64,000 nt of DNA from contig NZ_CP136709.1 of the NCBI RefSeq assembly GCF_032926325.1, positions 1,167,447 to 1,231,446 of the forward strand, in the 5' to 3' direction. This document shows, piece by piece, positions 31,182 to 41,209 of this stretch (the stretch's first letter is position 1; the number at the start of each line of letters is the position of its first letter). The notes beneath the pieces were generated by a model that ran no database searches, had not been told where the DNA came from, and saw only the letters and a list, made by a program, of their open reading frames with translations. The position numbers were made by a program, and so were the translations under genes. The DNA is from Aestuariibaculum lutulentum. Lineage in GTDB: Bacteria > Bacteroidota > Bacteroidia > Flavobacteriales > Flavobacteriaceae.

Positions 31182-32819
31182 ATGCTAACACTTATTACTC
31201 AGGACGCCTTTAGTTTTGGGCTTCCTATGGCTGTTATTGCGGCCATCATGTTCATTTTTGTATTTTTTATTGTACTTATTCGCCGTTATAAACGCTGTCC
31301 TTCCGATCGCATTTTAGTGGTTTATGGTAAAGTAGCTGGCGGACAATCGGCTAAATGTATTCACGGGGGTGCTGCCTTTATTTTTCCGGTTATTCAGGAT
31401 TATGAATTTCTGGATTTAACACCTATTTCTATTGAAGTAAATCTGGTTAACGCCCTGTCAAAACAAAACATCCGTGTTAATGTACCATCGCGTTTTACTA
31501 TTGGTGTGTCTACCGAACCTGGTATTATGCAAAATGCTGCCGAGCGTTTATTAGGTCTATCAATGAGTGATGTTCAGGAGTTAGCAAAAGAAATTATTTT
31601 CGGTCAGTTGCGTTTAGTAGTTGCTTCTATGGACATTGAGGAAATCAATTCCGACAGAGATAAATTCTTAACCAATATTTCACAAAGTGTTGAATCGGAG
31701 CTTAAAAAAGTAGGTTTAAAACTGATTAACGTTAACATTACAGATATTGTTGATGAGTCTGGTTACATCGAAGCTTTAGGTAAAGAAGCTGCTGCACACG
31801 CTATAAACGCGGCTCGTAAATCGGTTGCCGAGAAAAACAGAGATGGATCTATTGGTGAAGCCGATGCCGTTCAGGATGAAAGAACTAAAGTTGCCGAATT
31901 GAACGCCAAAGCAAAAATTGGTGAGGCCAACGCGATGCAAAATGAAAGAACTCAGGTAGCAGCAGCTAACGCACAAGCTATGATTGGTGAAGCTAATGCC
32001 AATCAAACCGAAAGGGTGCAGACTGCCAGCGCCATAGCAAAAGCTAAAATTGGTGAGGCCGAGGCTTTAAAAGAAGAGCGTATTAAAATATCGGAAGCCA
32101 ATGCACGTGCCATCGACGGAGAAAACGTTGCTAAAATTTCGATTGCTGAATCTGATGCTTTAAGACGTGAAAAAGAAGCTGAAGCTGAAAAACGAGCGAT
32201 TGCCTCTGAAAAAGTTCAGGCTGCAAGAGCATTAGAAGAAGCCTATGCTGCAGAGCAACTTGCCGAGGTTGCCAGAGCCGAACGTGAGCGTTCATCACAA
32301 ATGGCCGATATTATCGTTCCAGCCGAAATTGATAAAAAGAAAGTAGAAATTGATGCTGAAGCTGAAGCTGAAAATATTAGAAGACGTGCAAAAGGGGAAG
32401 CCGATGCGATTTTATTTAAAGCACAAGCCGAAGCACAAGGTATTTACGAAGTCTTAACCAAACAAGCAGCCGGTCTTGATGAAATTGTAAAGGCTGCCGG
32501 AAACAATTCCAGAGATGCTGTGTTATTATTGATTGCCGACAAACTTCCTGAGTTGGTTAAATTACAATCTGAAGCTATTAAAAATATCAAGATTGATAAA
32601 GTTACCGTTTGGGATAATGGCAGTACTAAAGATGGCAAATCATCTACTGCAAATTTCCTTTCTGGCATGTATAAATCGGTGCCTCCATTACAAGACATGT
32701 TTAATATGGCCGGTATGCAATTACCGGAATATTTAAAAGGAAAAGATGTTGAAGTTAAATCGGAATCAACGATAACAGATAGTACTGATATCGAGGAATC
32801 TCCAACAGATAAAGAGTAA
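31182..32819 (+). CDS. Flotillin-family SPFH/band-7 protein.
   Basis: 545 aa with an N-terminal TM segment, an SPFH domain and a long Ala/Glu-rich repeat region (AKAKIGEANA... repeats). Confidence 0.85.
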   Translation: MLTLITQDAFSFGLPMAVIAAIMFIFVFFIVLIRRYKRCPSDRILVVYGKVAGGQSAKCIHGGAAFIFPVIQDYEFLDLTPISIEVNLVNALSKQNIRVNVPSRFTIGVSTEPGIMQNAAERLLGLSMSDVQELAKEIIFGQLRLVVASMDIEEINSDRDKFLTNISQSVESELKKVGLKLINVNITDIVDESGYIEALGKEAAAHAINAARKSVAEKNRDGSIGEADAVQDERTKVAELNAKAKIGEANAMQNERTQVAAANAQAMIGEANANQTERVQTASAIAKAKIGEAEALKEERIKISEANARAIDGENVAKISIAESDALRREKEAEAEKRAIASEKVQAARALEEAYAAEQLAEVARAERERSSQMADIIVPAEIDKKKVEIDAEAEAENIRRRAKGEADAILFKAQAEAQGIYEVLTKQAAGLDEIVKAAGNNSRDAVLLLIADKLPELVKLQSEAIKNIKIDKVTVWDNGSTKDGKSSTANFLSGMYKSVPPLQDMFNMAGMQLPEYLKGKDVEVKSESTITDSTDIEESPTDKE

Positions 32820-32836
32820 TAATACTCACTTTCATA

Positions 32837-32872
32837 AAAGCCTCATTATTAAATTAATGAGGCTTTTTATTT
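32837..32872 (+). terminator. Bidirectional terminator between the flotillin and MocR genes.
   Basis: AAAGCCTCATTA-N6-TAATGAGGCTTT followed by TTTAT. Confidence 0.55.
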
Positions 32873-34372
32873 TAATACCACTTGACTGTATGCTCTATAA
32901 AGTTTCTCTACTACCACCTCAATCTCCTCTTCTGTTAACTGTCCAAATCCCAAACGAATAGCACAGGTATTTTTATCCTGATATAAAATGGTTTTTGGAA
33001 TGAACAAATCATGCTTTTCAGATGCTTCAGCAAGCTTTACTAAAGAAATTTTTGGTTCAAATTGCAACCACAATGCCAAACCTCCTGAAGGAATTTCAAA
33101 ACTGACTTTGTCTCCAAAATGATTTTTTAATAACTCGCATAAAACATCACGCCGTTGCTTGTAAACAATAATATTCTTTTTTATAAGCCGAGAAATTTCG
33201 CCTTCATTAATTAATCCTGCCAACATTTGTTCCTGAATTAAATCACCTTGTTTATCGAGTAATTGCAAATAGTTTTTGGCTTCTGAAATTAAATTATCTG
33301 GCGCCACTACAAACCCTGTTTGAAAACTTGGAAATAGAGATTGCCCCAACTTACCAAGATAGATAACCATACCATTAGCATCGGCACTCGCCATGGGTAG
33401 CATGGCCGAGCCTTCGTATTGAAAATCGTAATCGTAATCATCTTCAATAATCGCAAAACCATATTGTTTAGCCAATTCCAATAATTTTAAGCGTCGCTCC
33501 GCACTAAGCGTCCTTGTAGTTGGATAATCACGTTGAGCACAAACATAAACACACCGAATAGTCCCTTTTACAAAATGCGTTTTAATATAATCTACATCCA
33601 GTCCATCCTCATCAACAGGAATCGTTTTAATACTCGCGCCAACTTCCTGAAAAATCATATTGGATTCGTAATTACTCAACTGCCCTACCAATACCACATC
33701 CTTAGGTTTTATAAGCAGCTGAGACACGATATATAGACTCATTTCGGTACTTCGGGTATTCACAATATTTCCCGGATTAATGTGAAATCCGCGTGTTGCG
33801 TTCAAATAATTACAGAGCTGATTTTCGAAAATGGAATGTATTTGCTCTCCTGCTCTATTCCATTTTGGTATTAACGTTTTTCGTTTCATGGCCGCACTAT
33901 ACCACTTTGAAAACTGATGAACTGGATGTAATCTTAAATCGGGTTTTCCATCGCTAATACTGTATTTGGCATTCGTAATTTGAATAGTAGGCGCTAAATG
34001 TAATGCCGTTTGAAAAGGAAAACCTGTAGTTTTTGAATACGTATATGCCTGATCGATTTGTTGTATTGGTGCGGTTATCTTAGCAGTATGCTGTTCCGGT
34101 ACTAAAACAAAAGTACCTTTATTTGGTTGAATTTCTACCCAACCTTGTGAAGCCAACTCATCATAAATAGCAACAGCCGTATTTCTATGCACTTTTAACA
34201 ACTGACTCAATACACGTGTTCCAGGTAATAGTGTGCCTTTTAATACATAGCCTCGTTGAATTAAATTAATAATCTGCTCGGCAACCTGCATATATATGGG
34301 CTTCGGTAATACTTTATCAAAAGTGATAAGTTTTTCAAAAAGACTTTCAACCGGACTATTTACTGTTTTCAA
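32867..34372 (-). CDS. MocR/GabR-type regulator: GntR-family HTH fused to a PLP-dependent aminotransferase-fold domain.
   Basis: 501 aa. N-terminal wHTH (IYMQVAEQIINLIQRGYVLKGTLLPGTRVLSQLLKVHRNTAVAIYDEL) and a C-terminal class-I aminotransferase-like domain. Confidence 0.85.
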   Translation of the reverse strand: MKTVNSPVESLFEKLITFDKVLPKPIYMQVAEQIINLIQRGYVLKGTLLPGTRVLSQLLKVHRNTAVAIYDELASQGWVEIQPNKGTFVLVPEQHTAKITAPIQQIDQAYTYSKTTGFPFQTALHLAPTIQITNAKYSISDGKPDLRLHPVHQFSKWYSAAMKRKTLIPKWNRAGEQIHSIFENQLCNYLNATRGFHINPGNIVNTRSTEMSLYIVSQLLIKPKDVVLVGQLSNYESNMIFQEVGASIKTIPVDEDGLDVDYIKTHFVKGTIRCVYVCAQRDYPTTRTLSAERRLKLLELAKQYGFAIIEDDYDYDFQYEGSAMLPMASADANGMVIYLGKLGQSLFPSFQTGFVVAPDNLISEAKNYLQLLDKQGDLIQEQMLAGLINEGEISRLIKKNIIVYKQRRDVLCELLKNHFGDKVSFEIPSGGLALWLQFEPKISLVKLAEASEKHDLFIPKTILYQDKNTCAIRLGFGQLTEEEIEVVVEKLYRAYSQVVLK

Positions 34373-34375
34373 ACT

Positions 34376-34393
34376 GGACTACTTTAATAGTCC
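34376..34393. promoter_or_regulatory. Perfect palindrome GGACTA-N6-TAGTCC in the MocR / TBDR-bioB divergent region, a candidate operator.
   Basis: GGACTACTTTAATAGTCC. An additional GGACTA half-site is a direct repeat 23 bp away at 34353. Confidence 0.35.
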
Positions 34394-34437
34394 GCTAAGT
34401 TACGACTTTTGCACTGTTTTTAAATTTAAACTTAATC

Positions 34438-36255
34438 ATGAAAAACAAACTGACTCTCATTTCATTTATAATGCTTTTTAGCTTATTCGCTAAAGCACAA
34501 AATGAACCTATTAAAATGGATTCGCTACAGGAAGTTACCATTACCTCAACACGTATCGATTTACCTTTTAAAGAAAACTCAAGAACCATAAATATTATAT
34601 CTTCTGAAGATATTAAAAATAGCGCGGCTACTAACGTGGCAGACTTACTTCAACAAGTAGCTGGAATCGACATCAGAAAACGAGGAACGGGAGGTAGCCA
34701 AGCCGATTTATACATTCGCGGTGGTAGTTTCGACCAAACCCTTTTACTTATCGACGGTATAAAAATGGACGATGCACAAACCGGACATCACACCATGAAC
34801 GCCGCTTTACCAATTGAAGTTATTGAACGTATTGAAATTATAAAAGGACCGGCTGCCAGAGCTTTTGGTCAAAACGCTTTTGCCGGAGCGATAAACATTG
34901 TAACTAAAAACCAACTAAAAAATAGTGTTTCGGCTAATATAGAAACAGGCTCTTTCAATCAGTTAAACGGATCGGTTACTGTGGGATCTGACTTAGTAAA
35001 CTCCTCACATATTGCACATATGGGGAAATTATCTTCTGACGGGTACAGAACCAATTCAGATTACGATAATTCAAACTATTTCTTAAAAAGTGTATTCAAT
35101 AAAAATGCGCTTCCAATAGAAATGCTTGCAACTTTCTTTGAAAGAAAATTTGGTGCAGAAAACTTCTATACCTCAAACGCAACATTTCACGAATACGAGG
35201 AAACTCAAAACAGTTTAATTGGCTTATCAACAGCATTTCAAACCAATAATCTAAAAATTAAACCGAGATTGTATTGGAAACGCAATCAGGATATGTTTTT
35301 GCTAAGACGTAATGAACCAAGTTTTTACAGAAATTTACACATTAGTAATAAAGTAGGTGCTGAAATTAATACGTCTTACACCTCAAATTTAGGGGTTACC
35401 GGATTGGGTGTTGATGTATCACAAATTTACATGACTAGTAACACCTTAGGGGATCGTGACAGATTGATGGCTACAGCATTTTTAGAACATCGTTTTAAAG
35501 TTGATAATTTAGACATTACACCGGGTGTGGCTGTAACTTACTTTTCAGATTTTAAATTTCATGCGTTCCCTGGTGTTGATTTAGGATATAAAATTTCTGA
35601 AAACTTCAGAGCTTATGGAAATTTAGGATATACTTATCGTGTACCAACTTACACCGATTTATATTATAGCGACCCTTCTTCTATTGGAAATGAAGATTTA
35701 CAACCTGAAGAAGCACTTTCTGGTGAAATTGGAGGTAAATTTTTCTCTTCAAGATTTAATGCCTCGTTTGCATTATTTTATAAAGACGCCGAAAACTTAA
35801 TTGATTATGTAAAAGCTAATACAGACGATCCTTTTATGGCACAAAACATTAGAGATTCTAAAACTAAAGGATTTGAAGTTAATACCTCTTACAATTTCAC
35901 AGTTAACAACTTAAAGCAAAATTTATCGGTTGGATATACCTTTATGGAAGACAAAATTGAAGAAATCAACCTTGATTTCTCAAGATATTCCATCAATTCT
36001 CTTAAGCACCATTTTACATCACGATTAAGTACTCGCATTACAAAAAACATCAACTTTAATGTGATTTATAAATACGCTGAACGTACCCAAGGATTAAGCT
36101 ATAATGTATTAGATGCATCGGCGATTTTTAATTTCAACCAAGTTGAATTAAGCATTACAGCAAACAATATTTTCGATGCCGATTACATCGAGACCGGTAT
36201 TGTACCAATGCCTCCAAGTAATGTATTATTTGGTTTACGTTACAACTTTAAATAA
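34438..36255 (+). CDS. TonB-dependent receptor (605 aa, BtuB/CirA-size plug + barrel).
   Basis: Signal peptide and a plug domain (DLPFKENSRTINIIS...LYIRGGSFDQTLLLIDGIKM). The stop lies 6 nt before the bioB start. Confidence 0.85.
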   Translation: MKNKLTLISFIMLFSLFAKAQNEPIKMDSLQEVTITSTRIDLPFKENSRTINIISSEDIKNSAATNVADLLQQVAGIDIRKRGTGGSQADLYIRGGSFDQTLLLIDGIKMDDAQTGHHTMNAALPIEVIERIEIIKGPAARAFGQNAFAGAINIVTKNQLKNSVSANIETGSFNQLNGSVTVGSDLVNSSHIAHMGKLSSDGYRTNSDYDNSNYFLKSVFNKNALPIEMLATFFERKFGAENFYTSNATFHEYEETQNSLIGLSTAFQTNNLKIKPRLYWKRNQDMFLLRRNEPSFYRNLHISNKVGAEINTSYTSNLGVTGLGVDVSQIYMTSNTLGDRDRLMATAFLEHRFKVDNLDITPGVAVTYFSDFKFHAFPGVDLGYKISENFRAYGNLGYTYRVPTYTDLYYSDPSSIGNEDLQPEEALSGEIGGKFFSSRFNASFALFYKDAENLIDYVKANTDDPFMAQNIRDSKTKGFEVNTSYNFTVNNLKQNLSVGYTFMEDKIEEINLDFSRYSINSLKHHFTSRLSTRITKNINFNVIYKYAERTQGLSYNVLDASAIFNFNQVELSITANNIFDADYIETGIVPMPPSNVLFGLRYNFK

Positions 36256-36261
36256 ATAATT

Positions 36262-37356
36262 ATGGCGGCGGCAAGTCACAACTGGACACAAAAAGAGATT
36301 TTAGCAATCTACAACAAACCATTGATGGAGCTACTTTACGAAGCAGCTACTGTACATCGGTTGCACCACAATCCGAATACAGTTCAGGTAAGCACTTTAC
36401 TTTCTGTCAAAACAGGGGGTTGCCCTGAAGATTGTGGGTATTGTCCGCAAGCCGCACGCTATCATACTAATATTGAAGGCAACGATTTAATGTCCGTTAC
36501 GCAGGTAAAGGCTCAGGCTTTGCGTGCCAAAGCGTCTGGTAGCTCCCGTGTTTGTATGGGAGCCGCTTGGCGTAATGTTAAAGACGGTGCAGAATTCGAT
36601 CAGGTTTTAGAAATGGTTCGCACCATTAACAAACTGGATATGGAGGTCTGCTGTACTTTAGGCATGCTTACCAAAAATCAGGCGAAGCGATTAGCTGAAG
36701 CTGGCTTATATGCTTACAATCACAACTTAGATTCTTCAGAAACGTATTATAAAGAAGTGATTTCTACACGAGGTTTTGAAGACCGCCTGAAAACCATCGA
36801 TAATGTTAGAAAAACCAATGTTACGGTTTGCAGCGGTGGTATTATAGGCATGGGCGAAACCGAAGACGATCGCGCAGGCATGTTAGTGGCTTTATCCACT
36901 TTAAATCCGCAACCAGAATCGGTACCCATTAATGCTTTGGTAGCTGTTGAAGGCACACCATTAGAACACCAGAAACCGGTTTCTATATGGGAAATGGTTC
37001 GCATGGTTGCCACAACGCGTATTGTTATGCCTGAAACACAAGTACGCTTAAGTGCTGGTCGCACGCAAATGTCGCAAGAAGGACAAGCCCTATGTTTCTT
37101 TGCTGGAGCGAATTCCATTTTTGCCGGCGACAAACTATTGACCACACCCAATCCAGATGTTAGTGAAGACATGGAATTATTCAAGCTTCTCGGATTAAAT
37201 ACCCAAAAGCCTTTTATAAAAAAGATGCAACCAGAAACCGTAGAAGCTGAAGATTCGCAATTTCAGGACTTAGGCGAAAAACCCAAATGGAGTCGACCTG
37301 AACACACCATTGAACGAAATGAATCAGCAAAAGAAAAAGCTAAATCTTTAAAATAA
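36262..37356 (+). CDS. bioB: Biotin synthase (radical SAM).
   Basis: 364 aa with the CPEDCGYCPQ radical-SAM cluster motif and conserved BioB blocks. Has a ~40-aa C-terminal extension. Confidence 0.95.
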   Translation: MAAASHNWTQKEILAIYNKPLMELLYEAATVHRLHHNPNTVQVSTLLSVKTGGCPEDCGYCPQAARYHTNIEGNDLMSVTQVKAQALRAKASGSSRVCMGAAWRNVKDGAEFDQVLEMVRTINKLDMEVCCTLGMLTKNQAKRLAEAGLYAYNHNLDSSETYYKEVISTRGFEDRLKTIDNVRKTNVTVCSGGIIGMGETEDDRAGMLVALSTLNPQPESVPINALVAVEGTPLEHQKPVSIWEMVRMVATTRIVMPETQVRLSAGRTQMSQEGQALCFFAGANSIFAGDKLLTTPNPDVSEDMELFKLLGLNTQKPFIKKMQPETVEAEDSQFQDLGEKPKWSRPEHTIERNESAKEKAKSLK

Positions 37357-37380
37357 CAGATTATACACAATTAACATATA

Positions 37381-37416
37381 AAGCCCTTTCTATAACTAGA
37401 GAGGGCTTTTTTATTT
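37381..37416 (+). terminator. Rho-independent terminator after bioB.
   Basis: AGCCCTTTCT-N6-AGAGAGGGCT followed by TTTTTTAT. Confidence 0.5.
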
Positions 37417-37442
37417 CTTTATATTTATGCCAAACAAATATT

Positions 37443-38414
37443 ATGAATTATCTATCTATACTTTTTAGCACCATCTTTTTATTCCTATTTAATGCTACTT
37501 TGAACAGCCAAACAGACCCTGATATTTTCAGCAAATTCGAATCTAAATTTTATGAAATTAATGGCTATAAAATAAATGTTGAAGTTAAAGGAGAAGGACA
37601 ACCTATTTTCTTTCTTCCCGGCGGACCGGGTAATTCTCATGACTACATGCAAGCTAACTTTGGACAATATTACAAAAGCCATAAAGTTGTATTCTTCGAT
37701 TTCTTAGGCAGAGGAAAAAGTGACGATGCCAAAGATCTTTCGGAATATTCTGTTGAAAATGATGTAGCTCTCATTGAACAACTAAGAAAACTATTAAATT
37801 TTGATAGAATTTCTATAGTAGGGCACTCCTACGGAACAGTTCCAGCGCAAGCATATAGTATAAAATATCCCAATAATGTTGACAAATTATTGCTTATTAG
37901 TGGATTTCATGGAGGAGAGATGTGGCAAGCTAATTGCGATAGCTACAACCACTACACAAAAACACACTTTCCTGAAAAATGGAAACAAGTAGATTCTTTA
38001 AGGGCATTGGGGTATGTTTCTAGCCAGGAGCCCTTAAAATCACTTTACGCCAGCTTTCCTACAAAATATATTTATTATCACAACACAAATATTGAAGGCA
38101 ATCACCCTAATGAACCTTACAGACGTTGGTCTAATGATGTTTATGAAACTATTATTGGACGAGATGGAGATTTTTACGTTAGTGGAAGTATGATTAATCA
38201 GGACTATCGCCAAGATTTAAAAAATGTAAAGGCTAAAACTATGATTATTGCAGGTCGATACGATGGAGTTTCAACTCCTGAATTCAATATCCAATATAAA
38301 ACATTTATGCCTCAGGCTCAATTTGAAATGTTTGAAAATAGTGGTCATAATCCATATTTAGAAGAACCTGAAAAATTTTACAAATTATTTGATACCTTTT
38401 TTGAAGTGAAATAA
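37443..38414 (+). CDS. Secreted alpha/beta-hydrolase (proline-iminopeptidase-like fold).
   Basis: 323 aa with a signal peptide, a nucleophile elbow (VGHSYGT) and an HGG oxyanion region (FFLPGGPG). Confidence 0.7.
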   Translation: MNYLSILFSTIFLFLFNATLNSQTDPDIFSKFESKFYEINGYKINVEVKGEGQPIFFLPGGPGNSHDYMQANFGQYYKSHKVVFFDFLGRGKSDDAKDLSEYSVENDVALIEQLRKLLNFDRISIVGHSYGTVPAQAYSIKYPNNVDKLLLISGFHGGEMWQANCDSYNHYTKTHFPEKWKQVDSLRALGYVSSQEPLKSLYASFPTKYIYYHNTNIEGNHPNEPYRRWSNDVYETIIGRDGDFYVSGSMINQDYRQDLKNVKAKTMIIAGRYDGVSTPEFNIQYKTFMPQAQFEMFENSGHNPYLEEPEKFYKLFDTFFEVK

Positions 38415-38498
38415 TAATTAAAAAGGAATTTAATCAATAAACTCTAATTCCAAATTCCATAACCTTTTCTTAACTTTGGCTCACTAAATTTTTTCACC

Positions 38499-39359
38499 TT
38501 GTCGTTAAACTTACAAGACATTCCTCGGGTAAAAACCATTACTAAAGAGGACTTTATAAAGCATTATTTTTTACCACAAAAACCTGTGGTCATTGAACGT
38601 TTTATAGAAGACTGGCCTGCTTACAGCAAATGGAGTTTAGATTACATGAAGGAATTGGGTGGCGATATTACCATTCCGTTGTATGACGACAGACCTGTAG
38701 ATTATAAAGAAGGGTTTAACGAGCCTCATGCCAGAATGAAACTTGGCGACTATATCGATTTACTAAAACGCGAACCAACGAAATTCCGCATATTTTTATG
38801 GAATGCCATTAAGGAAATTCCGCAATTACAAGACGATTTTACCTTTCCTGACTTTGGTTTACGATTAATGAAAGGGATTCCAATGTTATTTTTTGGAGGA
38901 CGTGATTCGTACACTTTTATGCATTACGATATTGACCTGGCAAACATTTTTCACTTTCATTTTGAAGGTAAAAAACAGATTATACTATTCGACCAGAAAC
39001 AAAATCAATATTTATATAAAATTCCGTATTCTCTTATTACCAGAGAAGACATTGACTTCAATAATCCGGATTTTAAAAAATGGCCCATGCTAAAAAAAGC
39101 AAAAGGGTTTCAAACGGAATTAAATCATGGTGAAGTTTTGTATATGCCTGAAGGTTACTGGCACTATATGCGATATATAACACCTGGTTTTTCAATGAGT
39201 TTACGTGCTATAGCAAGAAACCCAAAAAACTTCAGCAAAGCCGTTTCTAACCTAGTTTTTATGCGTAGCTTCGACAATGTCATGCGCCGCATTGGTGGCC
39301 AGAAATGGATTGACTGGAAAAATAACCGGGCAATTGTTAAAACTCACAAAGCACTGTAA
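38499..39359 (+). CDS. Cupin-like / JmjC-domain protein.
   Basis: 286 aa. Cupin_8-type sequence with a His-x-Asp...His arrangement (FMHYD ... EGYWHYM). Confidence 0.6.
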   Translation: MSLNLQDIPRVKTITKEDFIKHYFLPQKPVVIERFIEDWPAYSKWSLDYMKELGGDITIPLYDDRPVDYKEGFNEPHARMKLGDYIDLLKREPTKFRIFLWNAIKEIPQLQDDFTFPDFGLRLMKGIPMLFFGGRDSYTFMHYDIDLANIFHFHFEGKKQIILFDQKQNQYLYKIPYSLITREDIDFNNPDFKKWPMLKKAKGFQTELNHGEVLYMPEGYWHYMRYITPGFSMSLRAIARNPKNFSKAVSNLVFMRSFDNVMRRIGGQKWIDWKNNRAIVKTHKAL

Positions 39360-39423
39360 ATAAATACGTCGTTTTATAAAAGTTATAATATATTTGTTTA
39401 CCAAAAAAATCTAAAATCAAATT

Positions 39424-39918
39424 ATGAAAAAATTAATTTTATTAGCTGTTGCCGTTCTTAGCTTCACATTTGCTAACGCTCAAGCTTACAATGGTGTTAA
39501 CGATAATAAATTTCAGGTTGGTGTTAACCTACAAGATAATGCCACAAGCATTAACCTTACTTACGATTATGGTCTTGGCGATAATATCTCTATTGGTTTA
39601 TCATCGGCTTATGCATTAGGTGTAAATGAAGATATCGACGCTGATTTTGGTGATCGTTTCGACCTTAAAGGACGTTTTAATGCAAACTTAGGAAACGTTA
39701 TTAACATTGATGAAAACTTCGATTTATACCCTGGTTTAAACTTAAGCCTTAAAAATTTTGGTGGTCATTTAGGAGCTCGCTATTTCTTTACTGAAGGTTT
39801 CGGAGTTTACACTGAATTAAACACCCCATTAGCAAAGTACAAAACTGAAGATTTAACCCCTGCTGAAAAGTTACACAACCAGTTTACTGTTAGCTTTGGT
39901 ATGTCTTTTAGCTTATAG
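39424..39918 (+). CDS. Small outer-membrane beta-barrel protein.
   Basis: 164 aa with a signal peptide, alternating hydrophobic beta-strand pattern and a C-terminal aromatic-x-aromatic motif (FGMSFSL). Confidence 0.55.
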   Translation: MKKLILLAVAVLSFTFANAQAYNGVNDNKFQVGVNLQDNATSINLTYDYGLGDNISIGLSSAYALGVNEDIDADFGDRFDLKGRFNANLGNVINIDENFDLYPGLNLSLKNFGGHLGARYFFTEGFGVYTELNTPLAKYKTEDLTPAEKLHNQFTVSFGMSFSL

Positions 39919-39971
39919 TTAAAAAAACTCAATATAGTTTGTAAAAAGGTTAAGCGAGAGCTTAACCTTTT

Positions 39972-40448
39972 TTATTTTATTAATTCGTTGGCCTTGTCGT
40001 AAACCAGATAGGATTCCCAACCACGGTATAAAAAGTAATCGGCAAACTTCTTTTTCTTTTTATATACATTATTTTCTTTAATGCTCTCGGCCTTCTTCTC
40101 TGCTATAGTATTAAATAATTCCAAATAGTCTTCATCATCAATGTCATTAAGAGCTTCCTGAATATTTATTTTACTAATATCCTTTTTCTTCAATTCAAAT
40201 GAAATTCGATTCTTACCCCAATGCTTTATTTTAAATTTTCCGCTGGCAAACTGTTTAGCATATCTAGATTCATTTAAAAAATTATGCTGAAGTAAATGCA
40301 CGACAATAACATCTATTGCCTCAGGTATCATATGCATTTGCGTAAGCTTTTGAACCACTTCCTGATGACAACGCTCTTGGTAAGCACAGTAATGCTCTAA
40401 CTTACTCATAGCTTCCTGAACCGTATATGTTTTTTTAGATTGTTGCAT
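39972..40448 (-). CDS. recX: Regulatory protein RecX.
   Basis: 158 aa, ...LEHYCAYQERCHQEV... three-helix repeat architecture. Adjacent to recO. Confidence 0.75.
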   Translation of the reverse strand: MQQSKKTYTVQEAMSKLEHYCAYQERCHQEVVQKLTQMHMIPEAIDVIVVHLLQHNFLNESRYAKQFASGKFKIKHWGKNRISFELKKKDISKINIQEALNDIDDEDYLELFNTIAEKKAESIKENNVYKKKKKFADYFLYRGWESYLVYDKANELIK

Positions 40449-40489
40449 TTGGGCACTAAAATAATAATTCTACTATTGTTGAAATATCC

Positions 40490-41209
40490 TTAACTAAAGA
40501 CTTGATTAAGTATTTCTAGGGATTTAGGTTTTCTGAAACTTTCTAAATGTAATTCGTAGTACTGTAAAAGCATATTCAAAAACGACTGGCGTTGTTTACC
40601 TGTGATTTTTACAGAAGATAAATCGTCAAAAGACATGCCTAAAAGTTCTTTTAAGAGTTTTAAATTATCACCTGAAACCGACGACTTTCCATATTCCTTT
40701 AAATCAAACATACCATCAGCCAAATTAAAATATGGAAAATCGATAGTTGAAGTATCAGGATAAAATCCTAAGTATTTTGTAAGATTCAATAGAAATAACA
40801 AATGAAAATTTGAAAAATCGGACTGTTCGTCCAACCACAAAAGAGCCGTTTCCAAGTAACTGTATAATGTTTCATTCTGCTCTTCTTCGCGTAAAGCAGA
40901 ATATAATACCTCGGCCAAAAACATGACTATAGAACTCTTTAAGATATGCGTGTGTAAACTAGAGTAAACATGAATAGGCTTAGATTCTTTTACAATTTGC
41001 AAAGAGCGATTCTCTGCGTAATTTATTATCAATTGCAATTGCGATAATAACTGAAAATAAGCCACTTTATTTCCAGATTTTTTACTCTTTAATACACCTT
41101 TAAGTAAAAAGCCTACAATACCTAATTCCTGTGTGTAACAGGTAACAATTAAATCGTTATCCTTATATTTTAGTTTAGAAAGAACAATGGCATTTGTGGT
41201 AACAAGCAT
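40490..41209 (-). CDS. recO: DNA repair protein RecO.
   Basis: 239 aa with an N-terminal OB-fold (IVLSKLKYKDNDLIVTCYTQELG) and a C-terminal helical domain. Confidence 0.85.
   Translation of the reverse strand: MLVTTNAIVLSKLKYKDNDLIVTCYTQELGIVGFLLKGVLKSKKSGNKVAYFQLLSQLQLIINYAENRSLQIVKESKPIHVYSSLHTHILKSSIVMFLAEVLYSALREEEQNETLYSYLETALLWLDEQSDFSNFHLLFLLNLTKYLGFYPDTSTIDFPYFNLADGMFDLKEYGKSSVSGDNLKLLKELLGMSFDDLSSVKITGKQRQSFLNMLLQYYELHLESFRKPKSLEILNQVFS

Noticed and set aside
31850-32300. Imperfect tandem DNA repeats (…AAAATTGGTGAGGCCAACGC… units) that could be mistaken for a repeat array or CRISPR.
   Set aside because: They encode the Ala/Glu-rich (AKAKIGEANA) repeat region of the flotillin protein. 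The units are divergent and have no spacer/repeat structure.
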